Below, piece by piece: positions 48,359 through 60,733 of a stretch of 64,000 nt of DNA. The notes below the pieces were generated by a model, which was not told the DNA's origin, searched no databases, and saw nothing but the letters and a program-made list of their open reading frames with translations. Where the stretch lies: positions 2,108,001 through 2,172,000 of the forward strand of contig NIVC01000010.1 in the NCBI GenBank assembly GCA_002269645.1, in the 5' to 3' direction. A program made the position numbers and the translations under genes. The DNA comes from Macrostomum lignano. Lineage: Eukaryota. The first letter of the stretch is position 1; the number at the start of each line of letters is the position of its first letter.

Positions 48359-48745
48359 ACAGGAGCTTCAGTGCGTCCTGCAGTTTAATTGACTCGCCTA
48401 AAACTAAACAGTAAAACTGACTTACAATTTGTCAGTATAAACAATAAGCGCTTTCACAGCAGTAAAATCATGAAGTTATTGCTACTCATATCTGTGATTC
48501 GTGTCTTTGATCAATCGTTTCCTTATCGCACATGAAAATCAATTACACTCGCAGAACATATCGTATGCTTTATTTATTCAGAGTGTTCTCGAAGTACAAT
48601 ATTTGCTATGGTTACCGTATGTTATTGTTGATTCTAAACTGCAATAAAAGCAGCAAATTGAAGAAAGAAAATTGGGCTATTGAAATGCTTGAAGTAGCAT
48701 TGATGTGTTTTCGGATACGATTTTTTACTTGCTAGGGCTTAAGAC

Positions 48746-49862
48746 AGTGGCGTGTGCAGAAAGGACACAGGGATAATCTGACAGGAACTCAACTTTGCCA
48801 CCTCTTGGACGTGGCATCCATCGGCCTAAGAAACAGGGGCGCCCACCAAGAGACAGGGCCGCTCACCAAGAGACAGGGGCGCCTACCAAGAGACAGGGGC
48901 GCCCACCAAGAGACAGAGGAGCCCACCAAGAGACAGGGCGCCCACCAAGAGACAGGGCGCCCACCAAGAGACAGGGCCGCCCACCAAGAGACAGGGGCGC
49001 CAACCAAGAGACAGGGGCGCCAACCAAGAGACAGGGGCGCCAACCAAGAGACAGGGGCGCCAACCAAGAGACAGGGGCGCCCACCAAGAGACAGGGTGCC
49101 CACCAAGAGTCAGGGGCGCCCACCAGGAGACAGGGGCGCCAACCAAGAGTCAGGGGCGCTCACTAAGAGACAGGGGCGCCCACCAAGAGACAGGGTGCCC
49201 ACCAAGAGACAGGGGCACCCACCAAGAGACAGGGGCGCCCACCAAGAGACAGGGCGCCCACCAAGAGACAGGGGCACCCACCAAGAGACAGGGGCACCCA
49301 CCAAGAGACAGGGGCGCCTTCCAAGAGACAGGGGCGCCCACCAAGAGACAGGGCCGCCCACCAAGAGACAGGGTGCCCACCAAGAGTCAGGGGCGCCCAC
49401 CAGGAGACAGGGGCGCCAACCAAGAGTCAGGGGCGCTCACTAAGAGACAGGGGCGCCCACCAAGAGACAGGGCGCCCACCAAGAGACAGGGGCGCCCACC
49501 AAGAGACAGGGTGCCCACCAAGAGTCAGGGGCGCCCACCAGGAGACAGGGGCGCCAACCAAGAGTCAGGGGCGCCCACTAAGAGACAGGGGCGCCCACCA
49601 AGAGACAGGGTGCCCACCAAGAGACAGGGGCACCCACCAAGAGACAGGGGCGCCCACCAAGAGACAGGGCGCCCACCAAGAGACAGGGGCACCCACCAAG
49701 AGACAGGGGCACCCACCAAGAGACAGGGGCGCCTTCCAAGAGACAGGGGCGCCCACCAAGAGACAGGGGCGCCTTCCAAGAGACAGGGGCTCCCACCAAG
49801 AGACAGGGGCGCCCACCAAGAGACAGGGGCGCCCACCAAGAGTCAGGGGCGCCCACCAAGAG
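48746..49862 (+). repeat. 20-bp minisatellite GGGGCGCCCACCAAGAGACA preceded by a CAGTGGCG hAT-like left end
   Basis: Array at 48830-49862; CAGTGGCGTG about 85 bp upstream; no right TIR seen. Confidence 0.85.
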
Positions 49863-50779
49863 ACTTGTTTAAAAATATCTTACATGTTTAGTCATCTCCC
49901 ACGGGTACAAGTCGGCAATCAACGTTTGCACTTCAGTGGCAACGTTCGGATTGTTGGCTGCGAGACTAGTTCCTCCAAGCGACGTCTTGGACAAACCAAA
50001 CAAAGCTGGCGATGGCTGAACAATGTCCAGCTGATGCTGCATGTCATAGTCTGACGGACGGACACGACTACTGAAGCCACTGGACGATTTTCTTGTCATT
50101 TCGAGCTCAATGTCAATCTGTTTATTGACAGAAGCTAGTAGAAAATTGAAGCAAGTATAAATTAACAAAATTAATGTTCTCAAAATACTTATTTTTATAC
50201 TTTACTTTCAACGTACTGTTGCGGCAGTATAGAGCCAATCAGACTGCTGATTGGCTCTATACTGTGAGGTTTAACGTCAAACTAAAGTTCTTAGAATATT
50301 TTAGAGTCCAAAATATCCCAAATGTACAAAAAAAGTCTGCATACATTGTAGTCCATGTCCGGTTTGGTACACACACAGACACATTGTTGCCATTGGTAAC
50401 AGAAATAAAACAAGCTGAACACAATTCTCAAGCTGCATGCAAGTCTAGACTTTTGCAGAGCATGGTAGCCAGGCGATTCATAAGTTGGCTAGGTTATCCA
50501 CAAGCATACTGTATTGTTGTGTGTGTATGTGTGCATAAGCACTCAAGTTGATTAGCTATTCCTTAAGTTAACACATGAAATTGATTTTTTGCTAAAAGAA
50601 ACCTGAGCTAACACAATACTTTTAGACAGATGCAGGGTTGTAATTGTGTTTTTCGTAAAGTATTGCATGCGCCACAACTCAGTGTTTATTTTTTTAAACT
50701 GCATGGTGCTTTGAAACAAGCTGTAGGTTAATATTTCTTCAAAAAATCATTTTATACGAGGTAAATGTTAACTGTTTGA

Positions 50780-52330
50780 TGGTTGTGTCACTCTCCCGGA
50801 TACAATTATGTGTAACTCTCCCCTATACTCATGTGTCACTCCCCGATTTGTGTCACTCTCCCAAATACTCATGTGTCACTCTCCCAATACCAATGTTGTC
50901 ACTCTCCCCGATACTCATGTGTCACTCTCCCCGATACTCATGTGTCACTCTCCCCGATATTCATTTGTCACTCTCCCCGATACTCATGTGTCACTCTCCC
51001 CGATATTCATTTGTCACTCTCCCCGATACTTATGTGTCACTCTCTTCAATACACATGTGTCACTCTCCCCGATACTCATGTGGTCACTCTCCCCGATACT
51101 CATGTTTCACTCTCCCCGAAACCAATGTTGTCACTCTGCCCGATGCTCATGTATCACTCTCTCCGATACTCGTGTGTCACTCTAATCGATACTCATGCGT
51201 CACTCTCTTCAATACACATGTGTCACTCTCCCCGATACTCATGTGTCACTCTACCCGATACTTATGTGTCACTCTCCCCGATACTAATGTGTCACTGATC
51301 TCCCCGATACCTATGTGTCACTCTGACCGATACTCATGTTTCACTCTCCCCGAAACCAATGTTGTCACTCTGCCCGATGCTCATGTGTCACTCTCCCCGA
51401 TACTCATGTGTCACTCTCTCCCATACTCATGTGTCACTCTCTCCCATACTCATGTGTCCTTCTTCCCCATACTCATGTGTCACTCTCCCCCATACCCATG
51501 TGTCACTCTCTCCCATACTTATGTGTCACTCTCCCCGATACTCATGTGTCACTCTACCCCATACTCATGTGTCACTCTCCTCCATACTCATGTGTCACTG
51601 ATCTCCCCGATACCTATGTGTCACTCTGACCGATACTCGTGTGTCACTCTAATCGATACTCATGCGTCACTCTCCTCGATACTCATGTGTCACTCTCCCC
51701 GATACTCATGTGTCACTCTCCCCGATACTCATGTGTCACTCTCCCCATACTCATGTGTCATTCTTCCCCATACTCATGTGTCACTCTCTCCCATACTCAT
51801 GTGTCCTTCTTCCCCATACTCATGTGTCACTCTCCCCCATACTCATGTGTCATTCTTCCCCATACTCATGTGTCACTCTCCCCTATACTCATGTGTCTCT
51901 CTCCCCGATACTCATGTGTCACTCTCCCTCATACTCATGTGCCACTCTCCCTCATACTCATGTGTCACTCTCCCCCATACTCATGTGTCATTCTTCCCCA
52001 TACTCATGTGTCACTCTCCCCCATACCCATGTGTCACTCTCTCCCATACTCATGTGTCACTCTCCCCGATACTCATGTGTCACTCTCTCCCATACTCATG
52101 TGTCACTCTCTCCCATACTCATGTGTCCTTCTTCCCCATACTCATGTGTCACTCTCCCCCATACCCATGTGTCACTCTCTCCCATACTTATGTGTCACTC
52201 TCCCCGATACTCATGTGTCACTCTCTCCCATACTCATGTGTCACTCTCTCCCATACTCATGTGTCCTTCTTCCCCATACTCATGTGTCACTCTCCCCTAT
52301 ACTCATGTGTCACTCTCCCCCATACTCATG
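50780..52330. repeat. ~23-bp minisatellite TGTCACTCTCCCCGATACTCATG
   Basis: Degenerate tandem array upstream of copy B. Confidence 0.95.
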
Positions 52331-52560
52331 CATCGAACCTCCAACCTGAGACAAATCTTGATTCCAAGGACCGTGCAGTCGCTGCTGTCCTTAGATTACT
52401 GACCATAGACAACAGCATTTTTGCTTTGATAGCTTTTGAAAATCTTCTGCAGCGAAATATTTTTAACTATATGAGAAGACCGATGTAAAGAGCTATTCCT
52501 AAAAGAGATTCGAATAGAAGACTGCGTTCGACAAAGAAACGAAGAAAGATACAATTAACA

Positions 52561-52975
52561 ATGCCGGAAGCTACTGTCGAGCCAGTCTCCAACGATCAGG
52601 CGTCGTTGTTGTCTCCGGCTTCCTGCTTCACTCCGCCGCCATTGACGCAGCAAATCCAGCAGGAGCAGCAGCAGAAGCCGATCATGCACGATCTAGTCAC
52701 TACGCCATCCGCCTCAGTAGCCGTGCTCGAACGAAACTGGGACATATCGGACGATGCGTCCATCGAGACGGGCCTCGACCAGCAGCAACAGCCGCAGCGT
52801 CAACTGGACGAAGCTTCAAGCACAGCCGACGATTTAGACGTGCAAACGGTCGGAGCCGATCAAGACAATGGAAACTCTAATGCTGGCATCCTTGATAATA
52901 ATGATACTGATATCGAAAATGATCAAGGATGCACCAATACCGATGTAGAGGACGACAATACTAGCAAAAGCAGCG

Positions 52976-53006
<31 letters not shown>

Positions 53007-53268
53007 TGAAAGCGAAACTGAAGATGACGAAGATATTCGAGGCGAAGACGATGAGGACTTTAACAAGAACAACGACATTGATGAGAGGGACGACGACAGT
53101 TCAACCGCAGAATTTTACTCGAACGCCAACGCGTCCGACGCTCCGTCGGCCAAGAAGCAAAAGGAGCAGAAGCAACAGGCAAAGGATGGCAAGCAGACGC
53201 AGGAGAAAATCACCGTTGAGTCATTGAACGCATTCGAAGTATTGAAATATTATGAAATTCTCAACTAG
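52561..53268 (+). CDS. Hypothetical acidic low-complexity ORF or exon, 235 aa
   Basis: Non-repeat ORF with GC-rich codon usage, Q/S/D/E/N tracts and basic PSAKKQK; no recognisable domain; possible donor GAA|GTATTG near the end. Confidence 0.4.
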
Positions 53269-54870
53269 ACAAAGGAAAGCATTTCAACTCTGTTGCATCC
53301 CTTTAAGTGTTTGCCCTGCATGTTGATCCTGAGTGTTGATTACCATTATTATTTGTGAAAGCAAACAACACCTTCCAGCCAAGAGCTACCAACTTTTAAT
53401 ATAGCAGCACAATACCATATATTCAATAAAGAGCTTACAGTCCACACTACAAAAAACATCGTACCTCCAGCTAATAGAAAAAAAATGAGCAATGATTTCG
53501 ATGCTGGTTTTTGTTTAACTGCGTAAAAATTTACATAAGTTAAGCAGTTCAAGGCGCACCATTATTTTTTTTTGGTTCTCTCGTTGAACTCTAGAAAACC
53601 AACATTATGAACCATAAACAAATGGCTTCTGTAGCCACTGTCCCATGCAGATCCTCAGTTGTTGGGTTAGCCTCCCAGATCCTCAGTTGGTGGGCCAGCC
53701 TCTTAAATCCTCAGTTGGTGGGCCAGCCTCCCAGATCCTCAGTTACTGGGCCAGCCTCCCAGATCCTCAGTTGCTGGGCCAGCCTCTCAAATCCTCAGTT
53801 GCTGGGCCAGCCTCCTAGATCCTCAGTTGCTGGGCCAGCCTCCTAGATCCTCAGTTGCTGGGCCAGCCTCCTAGAACATCAGTTGCTGGGCCAGCCTCCC
53901 AGATCCTCAGTTGCTGGGCCAGCCTCTCAAATCCTCAGTTGCTGGGCCAGCCTTCTAGAACCTCAGTTGCTGGGTCACTGTCCAAGATCCTCAGTTGCTG
54001 GGCCAGCCTCTTAAATCCTCAGTTGCTGGGCCAGACTCCCAGATCCTCAGTTGCTGGGCCAGCCTCCCAGATCCTCAGTTGCTGGGTCACCGTCCAAGAT
54101 CCTCAGTTGCTGGGCCAGCCTCCCAGATCCTCAGTTGCTGGGTCACCCTCTCGATCCTCAGTTGCTAGGTCACCCGATCTCGATCGTCAGTTCCTGGGTC
54201 ACCCTCTCGATTCTCAATTGCTGGGCCAGCCTCCTAGATCCTCAGTTGCTGGCCAGCCTCCCAGATCCTCAGTTGCTGGGCCAGCCTCCCAAATCCTCAG
54301 TTGCTGGGCCAGCCTCCTAGATCCTCAGTTGCTGGGCCAGCCTTCTAGAACCTCAGTTGCTGGGCCAGCCTCCCAGATCCTCAGTTGCTGGGCCAGCCTC
54401 TCAAATCCTCAGTTGGTGGGCCAGCCTCCCAAATCCTCAGTTGCTGGGCCAGCCTCTCCCAGATCCTCAGTTGCTGGGCCAGCCTCCTAGAACCTCAGTT
54501 GCTGGGCCAGACTCCCATATCCTCAGTTGCTGGGCCAGCCTCACAGATCCTCAGTTGCTGGGCCAGCCTCCCAAATCCTCAGTTGCTGGGCCAGCCTCCT
54601 AGATCCTCAGTTGCTGGGTCACCCTCTCGATCCTTAGTTGCTGGGTCACCCTCTCGATCCTCAGTTCCTGGGCCAGCCTCCTTGATCCTCAGTTGCTGGG
54701 CCAGCCTCCCAGATCCTCAGTTGCTGGGCCAGCCTCCCAAATCCTCAGTTGCTGGGCCAGCCTCCCAGATCCTCAGTTGCTGGGCCAGACTCCCAGATCC
54801 TCAGTTGCTGGGTCACCGTCCAAGATCCTCAGTTGCTGGGCCAGCCTCCCAGATCCTCAGTTGCTGGGTT

Positions 54871-57800
54871 CCCGTTGAAAAATTATGGAAACATTTACAG
54901 GAACTTTTGCCTATGAAAGTTACCAAAAAGTTACCATTCTCGCAGCCAATCGGAAGGCGTACGCGTTAGGAAACATTTACACACATAGCCAATCAGAGGG
55001 CCGGAATATGGTAACTTTTGGCAGAAAAGTTACCAAAAGTTACCATTTCAAATTTACACGTACGGGGATAGGGAGTTCCCAAAAGTTCCCAAAAGTTGCC
55101 ATTGATGTTTCCATTCGCTTCTGGTGAGAAGCTCCCAAAAGTTACCAAAAGTTGCCATTGATGTTTCCATTCGTTTCTGTTGAGAAGCTCCCATAAGTTC
55201 CCAAAAGTTGCCATTGATGTTTCCATTCGCTTCTGGTGAGAAGCTCCCAAAAGTTACCAAAAGTTGCCATTGATGTTTCCATTCGTTTCTGTTGAGAAGC
55301 TCCCATAAGTTCCCAAAAGTTGCCATTGATGTTTCCATTCGCTTCTGGTGAGAAGCTCCCAAAAGTTACCAAAAGTTACAATTGATGGTTTAATTTGCCT
55401 ATTGTAAGAAAATTGCTTAGGCTGACAATTTCCGATTGTAATAATTATTCACTTCTGATTAAAAGCAAATAGAAGTTAAGGTAAAATTCTCTCAAGAGTT
55501 TTGAGTTTGGTAGTGGATCTGGGTAACAAAATGGGAGAAACAGTTTGTTAGGTGTGTATTTATAACACTGTAAATGCAAAAAATGCTGATTGGCTAGTAG
55601 TTTATAGCAGTGAAAAAAGAAGGAAACAGCAGTATGAGAATGCAATATAACGACTTAACGTAACAATGAAAAACATAAAAAGATTACCAAAAGCACACTA
55701 TACATAGTAAATGCAGTGTGAGTATTGATGAAGAGAAAGAACAACAATGTTAAATTAAATTCAAACAAAAGTTAACGTGGAGCAAAAAATGTAAGGCAAA
55801 GGTAATCTAGTTGAATTTAAACAGTTTCAACAATGGAACAGCAATTCATTTAACAATTAAAAAAATATTTTGATTCCCGTACACTAATCCCGGCACATGT
55901 TTGACGCAGTTGCAATTAGTCGAAAACGAATAGCCGTAAAGCTTATTAGCAGCAGCATACGAGTACACGGACTGGGGGAATATTACAAAAAACTGTCTAG
56001 GTTTCGCGAACATTTCTCTTTGATCTCTTTGAGCTCCGAGAAGGTTGCTGCTTTGTTCGCTTCTCCCCTTTTTTTATTGTCCCGCCGCCACTTAGCGCAC
56101 TCGTCTTGGTTGAGGAGGACTGATCGGTCCCGCCGCTTCTTAGCGCACTCGTCTCGGTTGAGGAGGACTGATCGGTCCCGCCGCTTCTTAGCGCACTCGT
56201 CTCGGTTGAGGAGGACTGATTGGTCCCGCCGCTTCTTAACGCACTCGTCTCGGTTGAGGAGGACTGATCGGTCCCGCCGCTTCTTAGCGCACTCGTCTCG
56301 GTTGAGGAGGACTGATCGGTCCCGCCGCTTCTTAGCGCACTCGTCTCGGTTGAGGAGGACTGATCGGTCCCGCCGCCACTTAGCGCACTCGTCTTGGTTG
56401 AGGAGGACTGATCGGTCCCGCCGCTTCTTAGCGCACTCGTCTCGGTTGAGGAGGACTGATCGGTCCCGCCGCTTCTTAACGCACTCGTCTCGGTTGAGGA
56501 GGACTGATCGGTCCCGCCGCTTCTTAGCGCACTCGTCTCGGTTGAGGAGGACTGATCGGTCCCGCCGCTTCTTAGCGCACTAGAATCGATCCTTTTCTTT
56601 TTCCGGCGGGCATCCAACGAGCAATATTTGAATGAATTGCGGAAAAGACCGTCTGGTAGAGGATTAGGAGAAGCAGCTGTGAGGAACTGAGTAATTGTCC
56701 TCACAATATGACAATTCGCTGGCATACGAATTTGCTGCTTCTTGGCCATGCCAGACACGGTAGTCACGCACAATTCCGAGGTCGAAAAAAGGGAACGAAT
56801 GAGGAGTCTGGTGAGCTTTCGCAACTGCTTGTCACCCGGCTCGCGACGGAGTTCAGCAACCGCATGCTCAATAGCTGCCTTCTGCTCTCTTGTAATAGTC
56901 ACGTTCGGGGCGGACGCCAGAAGCGGCACTCGTTGGTCTTCTCCCAGAATCTCGGATATGACCTCGATCGATGGGGAAGCGTGAATAGCAGGAGCTACCG
57001 AAGCTGGGGTTTGGCTTGTTGCAAGGCTTTGAGCGGCAAAGTCTTGCATAATCCGAATAACGTTGGATTGAAATTCGGATGATTCGCCAGTCGTTCTGAG
57101 ACGACCAATTTCTTGGCGCAGGTCATCCATCTCAGCATTAGCCACCTCCAAGCGCCTCTGCGTCGACTTGTGCGCATCCACCTCCTTCAGTAGCAAGTCG
57201 CGCCTTTCAGATGCTGCCGCTTTGGCGCTTTGAAGCTCGTTTTTGAGCCTGTCCATCTGCTCCTCGACAACGGCCATCTTTCGGTGCAGCACGCTGCAAC
57301 TATCGCAATCCAAGTCGATGCAATAAGTTTCGTCTGGCAATTGACAACACTGCATAGCGCGAGACGCAGCCTCCTTGTTATCGAACGGGCCCTTTAATAG
57401 TTCCGCCTGTAGCAGCTGAGGCTTTGTGTGTCGTGTGTTGTGGGACGATAAGTTCACCAACACTTTCGCGAATTGCTGTGTAGGCGCTGGTGACGGTTTC
57501 ACAATTCTCCTTACAGATATTGCATAGCATTGTCTATTGTTAGTTTCTGTGCCTTGAACTACCCAGAATGGTGGGTTTTCGTAAGACAAGCTTGCCATAA
57601 CTAGTGTTTTAGTGGGTCTTGGTTAATCTCGGTTGACATAGGGAGAACGGCCTCTTGGCGCTCTAACAACTGTAGAGCGTAGTCGTCGGTCGATGTGGCC
57701 CTCGAATTTGGTAATCTGCAATCTGGAATGGTAGATTATGAATAATATTGATGTGGCAGCATTGATATAAAATCGAGTAACATTGATAAGGTAATCCTGC

Positions 57801-60733
57801 AAATGTTGTAGTGAGTGCATGAGTTGCACAGAAGTTTAACTAAAGGAATTACTAACGCAGACAATCCATGCATTTTTAATGGGATATTAGCTGGGCCAGA
57901 ATTTGAAAATTAATACTTTATTATTATGGCGGTGTGGAGTGATGAGGTCTGAGAAATGGACATTTTGCATGCTAAATAATGGATGCCATACAAAGACTAA
58001 TTTAATAAAATCCATCTTTTCACTTGTGCATCTCCAGAACATCATAAAGTAACCCAGGATAACTGGTTAAATGGTGTTGACTTTAAAGAAAAATTATTAT
58101 CTTCTCTTAACTAAATATATAAAACACAAAACTCTGTCCATGTGTCTGTGTGTGTGTGTGTGTGTGCGCGTCTGTGTAGCCGCTTTATTTATTTTTAAAG
58201 TGGCTACACAGATTATTATTCACACAGATTACACAGATTATTATTCCCATATTGGTACAGTAGAGCATGTGCTGGCAACCTAATAACCAGAGTAAACTTC
58301 TATCTAATTAGGGATAAATCTGAAATATTCAATATCTTAGAAACCTTTTCTTGGTTTACCTTCAAATTTTCAGTGGAGTCTAGTTATATTATGACATATA
58401 TTTGACAATATATATAATATATAAAGTCAATACATATAATTTCTTGCGTATTAATACAAAAATGTGATTCTGATTTTCAGATAAATAAGTAGACCAATTT
58501 TGGATTTGCTCCAACAAGGTAAAATTAAATTATCTAAGACTGAAAATGTGTAAGTACAGAAGCAACTTCATAATGTAACCTATAGACTAATATCATTCTT
58601 TACCATTGTACAATTAAATCCAGTCATAAAATAATACCAAATTTTATATGTAAAGGCTACAACAGGCAGACTACTATTATTTTATACAAAATTAACTGTA
58701 TAGAATCTTAGAATTATGAGTCTAGATTATTGTAAAAAGTCTTTATGCATAAATATAAAAATAAATAGGATAAAATATCAGTACTTCAAGAATCCTAGGA
58801 TCATTTTAAAACATATTTAAATTTCATAACAATGCAAATCATATTTCATGAAGACAATTATTGTATACAATTAAATACTAATTCTTGCTTTACTAGAACT
58901 AAAGCTTCTTTCATAATATTTCTATCTAGAGCTTTAATAAGTCTGGTTTTACCAATTCAAATCAGAGTTTTAATTGATAAAGACCTTTGTTTCATGACCT
59001 TCATACTCACATGACCATCTTAATCACATATATACATTTGACCATCACATGGAATTGTCCAGGTATTATATAGTTTTAGCAGGCTAACAAGTAATGGCTG
59101 ATCAAACTAGCTTAAAATTATATATGCATATATACTAGAAAGTATCATAAAAATTGCATTTAACTACTATAGTGATATAGTACAAAGGACATACTTAGTG
59201 GCAATGCCAAAAATATTGTAGTTATAATTTTTTGAATATAATGCCATGCAAATACGAAATTAAAAAATTAAAGTTAAAATTAGTATTTATTCCTATAACC
59301 TGTTTGGTTCAGCTTGTTTTGGTTAATGCAACAAAAAGATACAAATTTAATGCATTAATATAGTGCTTCTGCTTAATTTCTGCTTAATTTTGACTGATTA
59401 AAATAACCTCAGTTGAAATATATTTTCATAGGCCTACTCATTAAGTTCTAATACTTAATTTCCAAAATTGCAAATTGGCATATGAATGCACATTTTTTAA
59501 TAAAAAGTTACTTAGCTATTTCTACTGATACATGCAGTTCATTCATATCAGTCTAATTTAGGCCCTAGTTTAAATTTTTACAAAACATCTTTTCTGAGTG
59601 TGTAATAGAAAACATAGATTGTCGTACCTGGTTAATATGACATTATGATCAGGAATTGTGTACTTGAAAAATAAGAAATATTACCACTATGTCTAGTTCC
59701 TAGTTCATGCCTACAATTATCAACCTACTTTTGCATAGGCCTAATTTACCTTAGCAAACAAGCAAAACTAGACGCTAATTTCTTTAAAATAAAAAACGAC
59801 TATGTGATGCTATCTAAACACTATCACGTATTAACATACATTGTATGTACCCTGGATGTTCGTTAATAAAAAGTAAGATTTCATATAGGCCTAGCTAAAA
59901 TTAACACCTGCATACAAACTCTACGGAAGTTCCATCTGTAAATTCGATTATGATCTATAGAAAACGATTTAGTATATGTGGATTTATGAGAGTCACGAGA
60001 GTCTGGAGATATTACACAAAGATAACATCATAATGTAACACATTAAGTAAATTATCTTCCCAGGTTGCCTAAGATGTCTGATGATAAGCGCAATATCAGA
60101 ATATAGCTAGTAGTATGGCCGCTGATGGTGCACGCCATGACTGGCGCATCAGTCATTTAAAATAGATCGATAGATTCGATATATTGGGCAGATAAATTTA
60201 ACTTTAACAAATACCATCATCGGCATGATACTTATTAAACATAGTTCCGACCTTTAAAGTTGCTTTCGAGAACTTCTACTGCATTCATAATTAAATTAAC
60301 ATTGTACTTGTTCTTTCCGAGGCACACCTCATATGAAAATTACCAGATGTTACCAATTTATTAGAAAAGTTCCCAAAAGTTTCCGTACGTAATGAGTCAT
60401 GCAGGGCGCCCGCCACTCATGAGGCCACTGATAAGTTACCATAAGTTGCCGAAAATTCCCAAAAACTCACCAAAAAGTGCTAAAAGTTACCAAAAGTTTC
60501 CTAAATGTTGCCATTTTTTTACCTCTCCAAAAAGTTACCAAAAGTTCCCATTCGCCGCGCTCAATGTTCCTAAAAGTTGCCAAACAGATAGCCAATCAGC
60601 GCACGCCACGGTGGCGCCCACCTCTTAAACTTGAAAAGTAACCACAAGTTACCAAAATTTACCACTATTTAGCCATAAATTGCCATAAGCTACCAAATGT
60701 TCCCACAAATTGTTCCCATAATTTTTCAACGGG
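54871..60733 (-). mobile_element. CACTA/EnSpm-like (CMC) non-autonomous DNA transposon, 5863 bp
   Basis: TIR CCCGTTGAAAAATTATGG(A/G)AACA at both ends; 2-bp TSD TT restoring the host unit GGGTTACCCTCTC; dense subterminal AAGTT(A/C/G)CCA repeats at 54915-55385 and 60345-60715; no DDE transposase ORF visible. Confidence 0.8.
55997..57598 (-). CDS. Coiled-coil + BEN-domain protein with a 16-aa C-terminal repeat, 533 aa, transposon-borne
   Basis: Heptad segment LHRKMAVVEEQMDRLKNEL...LRQEIGRLR. BEN-like pattern LTRLLIRSLFSTSELCVTTVSG...IVRTITQFL...FRNSFKYCSLDARRK. About 10 x 48-bp repeat (SALRSGGTDQSSSTET). BEN call is by eye. Confidence 0.72.
   Translation of the reverse strand: MASLSYENPPFWVVQGTETNNRQCYAISVRRIVKPSPAPTQQFAKVLVNLSSHNTRHTKPQLLQAELLKGPFDNKEAASRAMQCCQLPDETYCIDLDCDSCSVLHRKMAVVEEQMDRLKNELQSAKAAASERRDLLLKEVDAHKSTQRRLEVANAEMDDLRQEIGRLRTTGESSEFQSNVIRIMQDFAAQSLATSQTPASVAPAIHASPSIEVISEILGEDQRVPLLASAPNVTITREQKAAIEHAVAELRREPGDKQLRKLTRLLIRSLFSTSELCVTTVSGMAKKQQIRMPANCHIVRTITQFLTAASPNPLPDGLFRNSFKYCSLDARRKKKRIDSSALRSGGTDQSSSTETSALRSGGTDQSSSTETSALRSGGTDQSSSTETSALRSGGTDQSSSTKTSALSGGGTDQSSSTETSALRSGGTDQSSSTETSALRSGGTDQSSSTETSALRSGGTNQSSSTETSALRSGGTDQSSSTETSALRSGGTDQSSSTKTSALSGGGTIKKGEKRTKQQPSRSSKRSKRNVRET

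Noticed and set aside
48358-48382. Possible iron-responsive element (CAGTGC) after the ferritin stop
   Set aside because: No 5-bp upper stem with a C bulge can form around CAGTGC, and the 5' UTR has no CAGTG loop.
41649-54969. Collagen-like GAPGA, RQGRP, CHSP and LLGQPP repeat ORFs
   Set aside because: All coincide with intronic or intergenic minisatellites that are open in multiple frames; no Gly-X-Y register or signal peptide.
57600-60340. Hidden transposase inside the CACTA-like element
   Set aside because: AT-rich with only short ORFs; no DDE or Transposase_21-like motifs recognisable.
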